The notes under the pieces: model-generated | The model's input: only the letters and a program-made list of their open reading frames with translations | Told to the model about the DNA's origin: nothing | Database searches by the model: none | Source: Carcharhinus longimanus | Taxonomy: Eukaryota | Assembly (NCBI GenBank): GCA_030264375.1 | Contig: JASCQW010000105.1 | Coordinates: 55,362,921 to 55,426,904, forward strand | Length of the DNA: 63,984 nt | Direction of reading: 5' to 3' | Part shown: piece after piece, positions 52,401 to 63,984 of the stretch | Layout of the letters: each line of letters begins with the position of its first letter | Numbering within the stretch: position 1 is the first letter of the stretch | Made by a program: the position numbers and the translations under genes

Positions 52401-53635
52401 GATTTCCCTAAGTGTAAATTTGCTTACATTATCTTATCCCATATATTTTAAGTACTTTAACATTTTTTTAGTAAATAAGCTCATTGTTGAATACAAATAT
52501 ATTTACATGAAATGTTGTAATTTCTTCTTTTAATACAATTTGATATTCACATTTGGAACAATCTAATATACTGCAAGACAAATTTCTCAACCAAGTACCA
52601 GAATAAATCCAAGTTTTGTTTTGATCTGACATTCATACACAGGTTTCCCAGATCTGGAGGGTCATGTGGGTGGATTTTCTGCCATTTAATTGAGGGGGAA
52701 TTGGCCAAAGGAGACCACCTTCTGTATTGCCCAAGCATGTCTCTTCACATGGTCAAATGTTTCAACTTTGTTTCATGTGGAGACATTTTTCTGCTGTGCC
52801 ACCTTATTGTTCCATGAGCATTGCATACAATGAGTGGCCAACCAATATGAGCAAGAACACAAGAAGATATTAAAATGTTGAAAACAAACACTGTTGCGCA
52901 TTACTACATTGCGCAGAACTGGTCTTTGTGTTATTTGCTTCATTCCAACATTACATTTTTTTTCACTCTGGGCCATTTTAACTTTTACATCTGTTAGATC
53001 ATGTTCTGGGTTGTTTTCATTAACACAGACTGCTGAGGTACTGGCTGCAGTGGGGCGGAGGGGCCTCACCAATGTTTCCAGTAAGCTACATGCATGTACA
53101 GCTATGCAGCAGTCTGGAAAGTGACCGTGGGCCATTAAAATAAATGAAAGAGATAGGACATTGAGAAAATTGGAACATGCGTAACAAAATATTAAAGGGA
53201 GCATTGCTGACCATCCCGCTCCCGTTATATACAAATATCCACTTGATTTTATCCCTCTATTTAGAGACCAGAACTCTTGTCTCCATTTGTCTGGAACGGG
53301 ATTTGATACTCTGATTCCGAGGAAAGCATACTAAGCTAAGGTTCATTCCAATAATACATTGCCATTAATAAATATTATTTCATATGAATTATAAGGTCAA
53401 TCTTCTGTGACACTTTACATGGGGAGTTATGATCAAGTGTTTTTCTGCAGCACCAAGCTGAGAAACATACACATCCAGTGCTGGCGACAATTTCACAGGC
53501 AGTTTCCATTAAAAATATGGAGCAGATAAATTTATAATGAGTGGGTTGACAGAAAGTGTATACAGAAACGAGACTTGTAATATTTTATATAGTGATGCCC
53601 AGTACAAAGAATTTATTCATGCTCTTATTTCCTAG

Positions 53636-53791
53636 TGCTTTACGTTCAGCACAGTGATCGAGGAGCTTCGTATTTCACTTAGGTGCCATAAAAAACTGAA
53701 CAAAAATTCCAGAACCAGAAGAAAATATGGGCTGTCAAGCATCCTCATGTGTCATCAAAGGCGAATTATACGAAAAGAGACAATAACATGA
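53636..53791 (+). CDS. GRIK1: GRIK1 alternative last exon, GluK1b-type C-terminus
   Basis: ctcttatttcctag|TGC TTT ACG. Translates CFTFSTVIEELRISLRCHKKLNKNSRTRRKYGLSSILMCHQRRIIRKETIT*, colinear with the recalled mammalian tail CLSFNAIMEELGISLKNQKKLKKKSRTKGKSSFTSILTCHQRRTQRKETVA. Confidence 0.93.
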   Translation, partial: CFTFSTVIEELRISLRCHKKLNKNSRTRRKYGLSSILMCHQRRIIRKETIT

Positions 53792-54150
53792 AGTCGGCAA
53801 CTGTACTCTCAGCAGCCGCAATCTGCAATCATTGTTTACCTTGTGGACAAGATTGTGGATTATTGAACTTCCTGACAGGAAACACAGCATTGGGATTGAG
53901 AGACACTTTATACTGATTTTCTTTTTCTAAATTATCAAATGAAGAAAATGTGAAAAATGTTGTGATCAATCTTCCTTTTCTATTTGCTAAAGAAGGGTAG
54001 TAACTGATGATGCCAGATAAAGGGAAACTGCTATTGAGAGCTTAATTACGTGCAAGCACCCCTGAGAACAAGAAGCCATTGTAAGACATTTCCCCTTGCT
54101 GCTTTAATGTTCAGTTACATGAGCTTTTTGAATCATAAGTAGTTAAACAT

Positions 54151-54156
54151 AATAAA
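54151..54156 (+). terminator. Candidate polyA signal for the b-type last exon
   Basis: AATAAA ~360 nt after the stop at 53791; another lies at 54741. Confidence 0.35.
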
Positions 54157-55188
54157 GATCACATTTCTCTCTTACCTAATCACTGCCACCCCATTACAAC
54201 TGCTCCACACTGTTTATCAAACAACAAGATTTAACTTTTTAAATTATACAGATCCCTACTGATCCACTTGTTCAATCAATCTTCTACAAAATCTTGGAAC
54301 TGCAGATCCTTGTTCTCCATTACAATGTTTGCTAAGTACAATCTCCTATTCTTTTTTACCCGGCGCAGAATGATGCGAGTGTTCTCTGTCTTGGCTCCAG
54401 GATGTAAGTTCTTATGGAAACTTGACTTTGTACTAATGAGGTCCCATGGCGCAAGTGGATTTTACTTCATTGTGGGAACATGTAAACAATGTACAAGCAA
54501 ATTACACGGTTGCTCAACTACACTGCTTAGTTAACGTTCCTTGAGTTTAGCTGCATAAACATTCAGAGGGATTAGGAATGNNNNNNNNNNNNNNNNNNNN
54601 NNNNNNNNNNNNNNNNNNNNNNNNNNNNNNNNNNNNNNNNNNNNNNNNNNNNNNNNNNNNNNNNNNNNNNNNNNNNNNNNACCAGTTTTGGTGTTTCTGC
54701 CTTTTAAGCCTTGATTTAATCTGTTTTTACTTCTTTCCTGAATAAAAAAAACACACACAATGGCTTTTCAACCCAATTGTGCTGTCTCCATTTCTTTTAA
54801 TGAATGAACAACACAGGATGTTAGAATAATACAACACAGGAGAAGGCCATTTTGTTGAACAATAGCCAATATTGGGAAGCCTGAATCATTTATAGGTTCA
54901 CATCTTAGTAGCTGGTGTACTGTGAGCGCCAAATAGACAATCCACAACAATTTTCCGACAGTGGGAGAATAGGAAATCAGTTGTCTACTGATTGACTCAT
55001 TGTAAAAGCCCAGGAAGACAAAAGGGAAGGGACTTAGTGGGTGCTAGAGGGGTGTGAGCATAGACTCTTCCTAGCTACCCATTCCTCCCCTGCCAAAACA
55101 ATTCAGGTCCTTTCGTGAGAGTCCCTCATTGTCTGATAGAAGTGTGCACAGTGCACACTTTGGCTGGAATTTCCCACTCCCACAATAA

Positions 55189-57437
55189 GGGCAGGATTTT
55201 CAGCTCTCCAAGTTTTCCAGTTCTGGCCAATTATGATGCCCATCAGAACTGAGGCCACCAAATCCGCACCCCCCCCCCCTTTTACCCCAATTTGCTGTGG
55301 CAGGAGCAGGAAGTCAGAGTGACTTCTGCTGCAGAGCGGGATGGGAGAACATGTCGAATCATGAACTGCTCTCCTCATTAATTATGCAAATACAAATTTT
55401 CCATCGAGCTGGCAGGATGAGCAGAACATTGCATGCTGCAGTGTCATGTCCAGCTACCATATTTAAAAGGCACCGGGACAGCAATTCATTCATCGCACCA
55501 GATCTTTACGAGACAGAAAATGTTTCTTAGCAGACAGCAAGCTTGGGCACACCCTTCAGCAATGCCTACCTGGAGAATCCCCTTCAGGCCATCAAGGAAA
55601 AGCTGGATGTCCAATTCTCCAAAAGTTGGCAGTAGAAGGTCCATTCATCTGAGCACAGCAGCCTGGAAGGAGGTTATCAGCATGGCCAGTGTCTGTACAG
55701 TGCAAGAGAGGATAGACCTGCAATGCAGGAAACAGATGGATGGTCTAATCTATGCCACTATGATTGTGAACCTTCCACCCACTCCAAATTCACATCATTA
55801 AGTTTGTGATTCTGTAATGGGACATGGACATCACTTGCAAGGCCAACATTAGTGTTGCCCATCCCTAAATGCCCTTTAGAAAATGCAGAGTGCCACTTTT
55901 TGAAACACTGCAGCCCATGTGGGGTGTGATTAGGGAGGTAACTGTTGAGATTTTTGCCTACCAGTAATGAAGGCTCAGCCATGGGGTGTGGAGTAGAAGG
56001 TAACTTGCAGGTGGTTCCAATGCATTTGCTGCCTTTGCCCTTCTTGCTGGCTGATTTGAGCCTTGTAGGTGGTAGACAGGCTTTAGAGAGTCAGAAGGCC
56101 ACAAATTAACAGCATTCTCTTCCATCAATTATGCTCATGGTCCACCTATATATCTTTATGCAGGAGCAGATAACACTCAACAGAAGGGAGTGAGTGAAAA
56201 CAGGAGGGGGAACAATTGCATTTTAAAACTCACACTCAAATTGAGCAGCAAGCTGCATAGCTGACAGGTAAGGATCAAGTGAGGCCAGCTTCTCCCAAGA
56301 ATCTAGTGAGGAAACGAGCATTATTCTGAGGCCTTTCAAAATGATTGATCTGTGCAATGTTAGAGCCAGTCTTGACAGTCACTCATTCTCCCTTTTCTCC
56401 ATTCCAGGTGCCAACAGAAAGAAGGGGGAGGCCAGTCTCTGCCTCAAAAATAAGACCCAGCCCCCAGGAGATCTTGGAAGGAGATCATCACAGAGTTCAC
56501 CTATGTCCTCCACTAACCCAAACACACACCTCAGTGGATCATATATTTAATGTAGGGTCAGGGTCACACTCTGGTAGCCACCTCGCAGACACGTATCCAA
56601 GTAGGAGGAGACAGTGACAGCCAAGGTCTCTGACACTCATACTGCAGCAGGGCTGGCTCAGCAGGTTCTCATTACAATGACATCCCAGGAAGGTGGAGAG
56701 CTGCTGTTCGCTGTGAGCCAGAGCAGGAAGTTGAGGTGCCAAATGCCCCTCTTGCCTTGGCACTGCTGGTACCAGCCATGGCCACAGCGATGTTGTGCAA
56801 GTCCGAACACATAACCGGCAAAATCCTCTCAACTTGGGTCTCTATGGTGTTCACCATCCTCCCCATTGAGACCTCCACGCTTTCACATACCAGAGCTACA
56901 ACATCAGAATGCATGCGAAGAGCTTCTCCATTTCTCATGCCAACCTGTTGAAGATTCTGATACATCTGACTAATGTTCCAGTTCAGAATCACAGCAAATT
57001 TTCTATGGTTGCTTCTGTCATCTGCCTCTGACTGGCTGGGGCCTTTTCTCCAGCATGAGATCCCAGGAAAGTGGAGGCCCAGCTCCTGTGGTGCTCCCCA
57101 CTACTGGAGGCAGTGTTGACTGCCTGATAAGCCTTGAAAGCCCCTGGTTGGGGGCACACAATGTTTTGGAAACTGGGAAACTGAGTGGTGTAAATTCCCA
57201 CTGGTAGAGTGGAAGATCTGACAGGTGTGCATGATGCCATCAGTTGGAGTTTTAATGAGCATGCGTACAATGCAAAATGGGTTCCTGTTGAGAGTTAGTG
57301 GAAAAATTGATCCACCATGAAAGTCAGGAGAGAAAGATCCCGATCACATTTTCCATTGTCAGGACTTTTAACGTCTCACCATATCTTTGTCCAGCCTGCC
57401 ACTAAACCCATCAATAGCAGGAGGCAAAATTTCTGCC
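55189..57437 (+). mobile_element. Harbinger transposon derivative with TIRs, TAA TSD and Myb/SANT-like ORF remnant
   Basis: TAA|gggcaggatttt ... aaaatttctgcc|TAA; AAWKEVISMASVCTVQERIDLQCRKQMDGL (55660-55750); cag|EQITLNRRE*VKTGGG (~56164). Confidence 0.75.
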
Positions 57438-57973
57438 TAACATTTTGGGTAAAGTTACTTTTCATTATTCAAAATGGAGAAAACAAGTGAAGCGGACACT
57501 TAACTGAGTGCAAATCCACTCCACTGTGTTAACTCAACATTATTACAATAATGCAGCCTTTCTTCATGGCTTTTCCCTACCTGGTTGATGTTCTGTAGCT
57601 ACAGAGCCAAAAATTAAATTTGTTCATTAAGCATTTCCATTGCACTGAGGAAGCTTTAGGTCAAACCACATCCAACAACCAGTTCTGAAAAATCTGCTCA
57701 TATTTTGACAGCAGTGACAAATTCCATCATGATAGCTGAGACAACAACATTCTAAAACAGTCAAAAACATTCTAAATAAAACAACCCACAACACTCCAAA
57801 ACAAAAGGTCAATATGTCCCATTACCCAATATTCATTCAAAAAATTCAAGATTTGGATCATCATCTTCACCAAGAACTAATCTGTTCTTTCCTGGGTGTT
57901 CTTCTACTTTGGGTGTTCTTTCATCTTGTTGAAAAAGTTTTGTTGAAATCCATGCATTCGTTTTTGAGATATA

Positions 57974-58110
57974 AACCGGAATTTTACCACTCCACACCCC
58001 CCCCACCCCTGCGGGAATTGGAACAGGTGAGGGGCAGACAATGGAAAGGTTCATTGACCTCGGGCGGGATTTTACAGTTTCAGGATGAGTGAGGCCGTGA
58101 AATCCCACCC
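57974..58110. mobile_element. PIF/Harbinger-type MITE
   Basis: ATA|aaccggaattttacc...gtgaaatcccaccc|ATA; internal cattgacctcgggcgggattt shared with the copy at 1995. Confidence 0.65.
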
Positions 58111-59311
58111 ATATTGTTTATAGACAAACAGGAACAAGAACAAGAACATGACCTCCATCCAGTCTTAATGGTGGAGATAACGTCATAGCACTGTCCTAAC
58201 TCACGTTAATGAGCACACATATCACACGCTCCACAGCATTTTGTGTTGAACAATAACGGAGGCATTACCTACCTTTAAACTCTTCCCATCACCATGTTTC
58301 ATGCTTCCATGCAGCTGGTATAATATCCAACAATTGCTACTTCCATGAAAATTAAAATGATCTCACAACACAATTAGCTACCTTCTTAATATGAGCAGGC
58401 AGGTCCTGGGACCCACTCCTGACACCTTTGTGAAAATGGTCAGGGTCAGATACAGAGGCAGGAACTCCAGCTGTGTTGCATGGTGCCCATTTCTTTCTGG
58501 TCCTGCTGCTGTCTGGTCTTGATTGTGAGCATGAAAATCTGACCCTTCATCTCTCTTTAGTCAAAACCACTATCATCTTATTGATAACACTGTAAAATTC
58601 CAACTCATATTGGAATTGGAGTTGGATTTTCATCTTCTAGGCTGGAAGTTGAAGTCTGAAAATTTCTTGACTCAGTGCACCCACCGCAGGAAACTGTCCC
58701 CCAAGCAAAGCAAGCTTCACTCTGCAGTTGGAGGACGGGGTGAGGGATAGAGTTGGGCCTACCAACTCCAGGCGCACATTGGAGGCTGCTAAGTGCTAAT
58801 GCAGGCACCATTGTTAAATGGTTTGTCTTCGCTCTGTCATAGCCTGAATTATGTTGTTAGATATTAGGCTCCCTACTTGTCACTTTCACACCCCTTCACG
58901 CTTCCATCCACTCCCCACTTCCACATTCATGATGACTCATGCCCTTCCAGCCAGCCCCAATGACCCCTCCTATCATTCATGCCACTCATGTCCCTCCACC
59001 AAACCCCAATAGTCCCTCACATCCTCCATGCTAACCCATCCCGAATAGCCTCTTGTACCCTCCATGCCAATACATAACCTAATTCATTCCCATGGCCCTT
59101 ATTGTCCCTATGCCCACAGTGCCAATGCCTGATCCTTTACACACCACCCTTTGCCCTTACACCCTCCATGACAACTTATCCAGTCTCTGGCACCCTTTGC
59201 CCTTACAGTCTCTGTGCCACCTCACCCACTATCTATCAAGGGAAGATGTCAGGAGCCATATTAAGAGGAAATAAAACAAAGTTCTAAGTATCTATTACAA
59301 ATTTCACTATA

Positions 59312-59906
59312 CTGGCAGCCCTTGACTTTACAAATTTCAAGTTGTGACGAACAGCACTTACAATGTTTATAAATTGACATCTAATTTCAACTTTATAATA
59401 TTGGTTTCAACCTTACAACACTGCGCAAGATATCTCATACATGTATATAGACATCCTATGCCACCCATCTTTATGACTAGACAAATTGAACCACTTTTAT
59501 TAGACTGGAAACAAGTGTTTTAGTCTATTAAATTTTTTGGCACAACTGCCATGATTTGAATGTATTTATATGCTTATGTTGTATTCAATATGCACTCAGA
59601 CTCACGAAATTCAAGATTAAACAGACAACTGACAGTGACCGATAGCTTCATTATAGACCCCACACTAACTGAGGAATTTGTGCTAAGGCGTGCAGACATC
59701 AACAGTGTCTCAGTGAATTGGCAGGACAACATTTGAGAGCACTAAACACCACCAAATGCCACATGAGTAATTTGCAGAAATGATTCAGGAATCAATTCCC
59801 CACTTATACCATTGATTCTATGGGAAAATCGGTTTCAACTTACAACATTTTGACTTACAACAACGTTTTCAGGGACAAATTGCACCATGAGTCCAAGGAC
59901 AGCCTA
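59312..59906. mobile_element. Tigger-like (TcMar) non-autonomous element
   Basis: TA|ctggcagcccttgactttac ... atgagtccaaggacagccta|TA, with internal (c)aacttacaac subrepeats near both ends. Confidence 0.55.
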
Positions 59907-61892
59907 TATTAAAAATAAAATCCATGAAAGCCAACTAATTAGATTTTAAGCCCCTCGAGTACTTAATCCCTTATAGAAATAAACATTTATATTCATACCC
60001 CACATCAAAGTAAACTAATCATCTAAAATGCTTTGGAGTTGCCAATAAACTGTGAATTTACAGCCCCCCACTTTGATAACGAGAGGTTGGCAAGCAGTCA
60101 AGCATTATTACTGCCATCATAATAATGCTTATAGTTATATCAATAAATATCTACTGAGACTGCTAAGACAGATTCTTTTCCACTCTCACAGGCTGGTAGT
60201 TTTTTTTTCCAAACTGAAAGGGCAGGGAATTTAAATAGCTTGACAGTTCAATATAGATTATCCGGCATTCACAAACATTTACATGTCCTCCATAACATCT
60301 TCACACTACAGTTTGACACTATTCCTGAAGTGAAAATCAGATTTGCCCATGCTGTGCACTGAGTTTAAATGGCCCAGCCAATTCTTAACTTGTGCCCGGG
60401 CATTTCATGCCCTGTCTCTTTTCCCATACTGGCAAAAATGGGATCTGCTGGAATGGGAGCAGAACTTCCGGATCCAGAACCCTGACTCGTGAAAATCCAA
60501 CCCATGATATTTGTATGCAATTTTAAAACAGCACAACTCAAGTCATATTGAATTTTAAGCTTTCTACACATTCCTAACTTTTGTTGCTGTACTTATTTTT
60601 ATGTAACTTGAAGGGTTGTCGGGTTAATCCAGGTTTGTGCTGTGCTGTCACTGCAGCAATAGTTATTCCTCTGTCCTTTCTTGAATAGTGGCATATTAGC
60701 AATCTTGCAGTATTCCAGCAGATTGAAAGATTGTGACAAATGTCTCTGCTTTGTAACTTTGCTTCTTTTCATCAACTTCAATGTGTCTCATTATGACGAT
60801 TTGGCTTTCTAAATTTCAGTCATGGCAATCATTTAGGTACATCATCTCTGTCTATTATTATTCTGGACATGACTTCACTTTCCTCTTTTAATGGATTTTC
60901 ACATCATCTGCTTCCTTTGTAAAGACAATTGCAAAATATTCATTGAACTCTTCAGCAAGGTCCTCTTGGGTCCTTAATAGGCCCAATCTTTTCCCTAGCC
61001 AATCTACACTTTAGATGTTTATACAACTCTGAAAAATCCTTTCTCAATCTGTCGCAGTTAAACAGCCAAATTATAGGTCAAGGTTTCTTTGAAGAATCTA
61101 GGAAGAAAATATTATACTCTTCTTAATCAGATTAGCTGGTCAGCCATTCAGGAGATTCAAAATATCTACTGTCAGCTCAAGTAGAGTTACCAAACAAATA
61201 TGTATTGTAAACAGCTGCATAGGACTGGAATGGAATGGCTCAACAATAATGGCTTTTTTATGATGACTTTTTTAACCACCCACTATCCCTGACTTGGCCA
61301 TGGAGAAGAAACAGCTAACAAGAACCAATTTTTACTCTGAATGCTAGCAAAAAAGAATCCAGTGACTTTTTGTCCTTACGATCTCTAATTTCCACCCAAA
61401 TGGATTCAATCTTTTCTTCCATAGAACTTATATCATCTCTCACTACTGCCCTGATATCATCCTTAAATAACAGGGCTACACTTCTGTTATCTTCCTGTCT
61501 TTCCTTACCTTCCTGTCAGTCCCTCCAAACAGTTTGATACCTCTGGATATTCAACTCCCAGCAGTGACCATCCTGCAACCATGTCTCTGTAATGGCCACC
61601 AAACCATACCGGTTCACAATGATTTGTGCTGTCAACTCATTGACCATGTTTCGAACACTATGAGTATTCAGATAAAGTGACCTTATGCTGGTTTTTGTAC
61701 CTACTTTTTGAACTCTAACACTTCCATTAATAACACTGCCATTAATAATTTGTTTTATTTATTCGTGGGGTGTGACTAAACTTGCACTTATGTAGTATCT
61801 TTAACATTAGAAAGTGTCACAAGATACTTCACAATAGCATAATCAGTCAAAACTTGACACCCAATGAAGAAAGGAGATATTAGGAAGGTGGT

Positions 61893-62240
61893 GGGGAGGT
61901 GGTAATGTAGTGATATTGTCGCTTGACTAGTAATCCAGAGACCGAGGGTAATGCTTTGGGGACCATGGTTTGAATCTCACTGCAGCAGATGTTGAAGTTC
62001 ATATTCAATAAAAATCTGGATTTAAAAGTCTAATGGTGACCATGGAACCATTGTCAATTGTCGAAAAAACCCATCTGGTGCACTAATATCCTTTGGGGAA
62101 GGAGATCCATTATTCTTACCTGGTCTGGCCCTACACGTGACTTCAGATCCACAGTAATGTGGTTGACTCAAATATGCCCTCAAAGATGGTAAATATATGT
62201 TGGCTCAGCCAGCGATGCCCATACCCCATGAATAAATACA
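61893..62240 (+). mobile_element. tRNA-derived SINE (second family)
   Basis: Homologous to 21767-22115. Confidence 0.7.
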
Positions 62241-62670
62241 ACAAATTATTAATGGAAGAGTTATTAATGTAAGTGTTAGAGTTCANNNNNNNNNNNNNNN
62301 NNNNNNNNNNNNNNNNNNNNNNNNNNNNNNNNNNNNNNNNNNNNNNNNNNNNNNNNNNNNNNNNNNNNNNNNNNNNNNNNNNNNNAAAAAACTGGTCGGC
62401 GCAACATCGTGGGCCGAAGGGCCTGTTCTGCGCTGTAATGTTCTATGTTCTATGTTCTAAATAAATGATCCGAGCACATTGTGTATATTTTGCAGCGTTT
62501 TCACTCCATAAAAATGTCCTGGCATCATTTATTTTTGAATATGATTCTATGTGCTTAATCTTTTCAGCAGTTGAGACATTGGAGCCATGATAACTCTGTG
62601 TTATCTCTGTAAACACAGTAAGAATTCTTACAACACCAGGTTAAGTCCAACAGGTTTATTTGGTAGCAGA

Positions 62671-62710
62671 AGCCACTAGCTTTCGGAGTGCTGCTCCTTC
62701 ATCAGGTAAG
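62671..62710 (-). ncRNA. Minimal hammerhead ribozyme motif in a Penelope-like pseudo-LTR (element ~62609-62731)
   Basis: Minus strand reads cuuac-CUGAUGA-A-GGAG cagca CUCC-GAAA-GC-UA-guggc. Intact core boxes, 4-bp stem II, palindromic AGCU in place of stem III, short stem I. Confidence 0.7.
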
Positions 62711-63474
62711 TCCAATGCCAACATCTCCACAGCAAAAAGAAAGAGCAGAGCAGCAACTTGATAGTAATTGCTGCTCCTTGGAAGATTTTAATCATAATGC
62801 AGTATAACTGTGCATGTGAAATTAGCTCAATAGCAAATACTTCAGTTTACAGCTGAGCTTCCAACTTTTGATATTTGCTAGAGAGAATAATATAAACCTC
62901 TGAACTTCATAAATGTCAATATCTCTCCCTTGATGTGGAGTAGAAAGTTTATATTTACATTTGTGCAGTAAAATCAAAATGAAAGGAAGTCACATAGACT
63001 ATTTGCTCCATTGACAGAGGAAGATTAGTTATCTTTGACATTAAGGTAGTATTTGACTGAATATGACAGTAAACTCGTATAACTGAAGTCATTGGACAAA
63101 GAGAAAACACTCCAGTGATACATAAAGGGAGATGGATATTTTTGTAGGAGGCAATCCTTCACAGCTGCATTATTTGTTCCATGCTAAGTGCCAAACAAAA
63201 GGAATCCAACCATTTGTACTTGAATCTTTAACAGCTCCGCCGTCACAGACTTCCCTAGCACAAGCATCTTGGGGTCACCGTGATCAAAAGCTTTATTACA
63301 CAAATCTTATGAACAAAATAGCTACAACAGCAGGACAAGGCTGGGTACTCAGTGACAAGTACCTCACCTCCTGGCTCCTCACTGACTAATCTTCATCCAT
63401 TAAGATTAATTCAGACGTGACAAGGAATACTTCCCTCATACCTGGATTAGTACAGCCTCGACAAAACAGCTTAA

Positions 63475-63772
63475 GGAGCACAGTGGTCAGTGCTGCTGCC
63501 TCACTGCACCAGGGACTCGGGTTTGATTACATGCGTTGGGTGACTGTGTGAAATTTGCGTGTTGTCTCCATGTCTGCGTGGGTTTCCTCCGGGTGCTCTG
63601 GTTTCCTCCCAAAGATATGCGGATTAGGTGGATTGGCTATGTTAAATTGCCCCTTAGTGTCTGTAAATTAGATGGATTAGCCACGGTAAAATGTGAGGAC
63701 ATGGGGATAGGGCAGAGGAGTATGCCTGGTTAAGATATGTGGATTAGGTGAATCAGCCATGTTAGATTGCTC
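63475..63772 (+). mobile_element. V-SINE with an internal segment duplicated
   Basis: gcacagtggtcagtgctgctgcctcac...gggtttcctccgggtgctc; 63732-63772 repeats 63612-63652. Confidence 0.75.
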
Positions 63773-63774
63773 CA

Positions 63775-63984
63775 CACCTCCTTGTGGAATGTGCCTTTGC
63801 AAAGAAAGTCTGGAGTGAGATACAGTGTTATTTGTCAAGGTTTGTCCAGAGCAGCTCGGTGACACAGGACTCTGTGCTCTATGGGCTGTTTCCGGGGACG
63901 CACACCAAGACAAATATCAACTGCTGCTGGAAGGTCATCAACTCGGTGAAGGACGCACTTTGGTCCGCCCGAAACTTGCTGATC
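63775..63984 (+). mobile_element. 5'-truncated L1/Tx1-clade LINE, ORF2 C-terminal region, runs off the window
   Basis: Open frame HLLVECAFAKKVWSEIQCYLSRFVQSSSVTQDSVLYGLFPGTHTKTNINCCWKVINSVKDALWSARNLLI (HLxxxC...W and lW.aRN motifs). Confidence 0.75.

Noticed and set aside
38065-53635. GluK1c 29-aa cassette exon
   Set aside because: Searched by eye. Weak candidates at ~39411, ~42399 and ~52578 do not match convincingly. Absence is not proven; it needs TBLASTN.
55140-55160. Perfect 10-bp inverted repeat aagtgtgcac-a-gtgcacactt
   Set aside because: Short, next to a transposon end, no supporting context.
58880-59230. C/CCAT-rich low-complexity tract resembling a NOVA YCAY cluster
   Set aside because: Beyond the last exon and resembles the low-complexity interiors of Harbinger-type repeats elsewhere in the window.

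Overview
Vertebrate genomic DNA, almost certainly shark/elasmobranch (HE1-type V-SINEs, CR1/HER1 LINE tails, DeuSINEs), from a draft assembly with N gaps. The + strand carries the 3' half of the kainate receptor gene GRIK1 (GluK1). There are four constitutive exons: 7687-7805 (M2 pore loop with the Q/R site), 12333-12550, 28879-29104 and 37814-38064. Two recognisable alternative last exons follow (GluK1d-type 41199-41348; GluK1b-type 53636-53791), plus two candidate short tails. The introns are full of decayed CR1, Gypsy, Harbinger, Tc1/mariner, Penelope-like and SINE sequence. Main observations: (1) a nested, multi-helix long-range RNA duplex joins the Q/R exon to an intronic partner 1.4-1.85 kb downstream (ECS plus inducer-like stems), and the Q/R codon is CAA rather than CAG; (2) an isolated ~81-bp antisense fragment of LSG1 coding sequence sits in an intron; (3) the GluK1d tail, usually described as a human isoform, is conserved and has an RBFOX motif in its acceptor; (4) Asn occupies the GluK1 Ser721 agonist-selectivity position; (5) there is a minimal hammerhead ribozyme with an intact core and several decayed relatives; (6) a 31-bp perfect hairpin lies inside a Gmr1-like LTR element. 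All identifications are by eye and from recalled family sequences. No searches or folding were run, and repeat boundaries are approximate.
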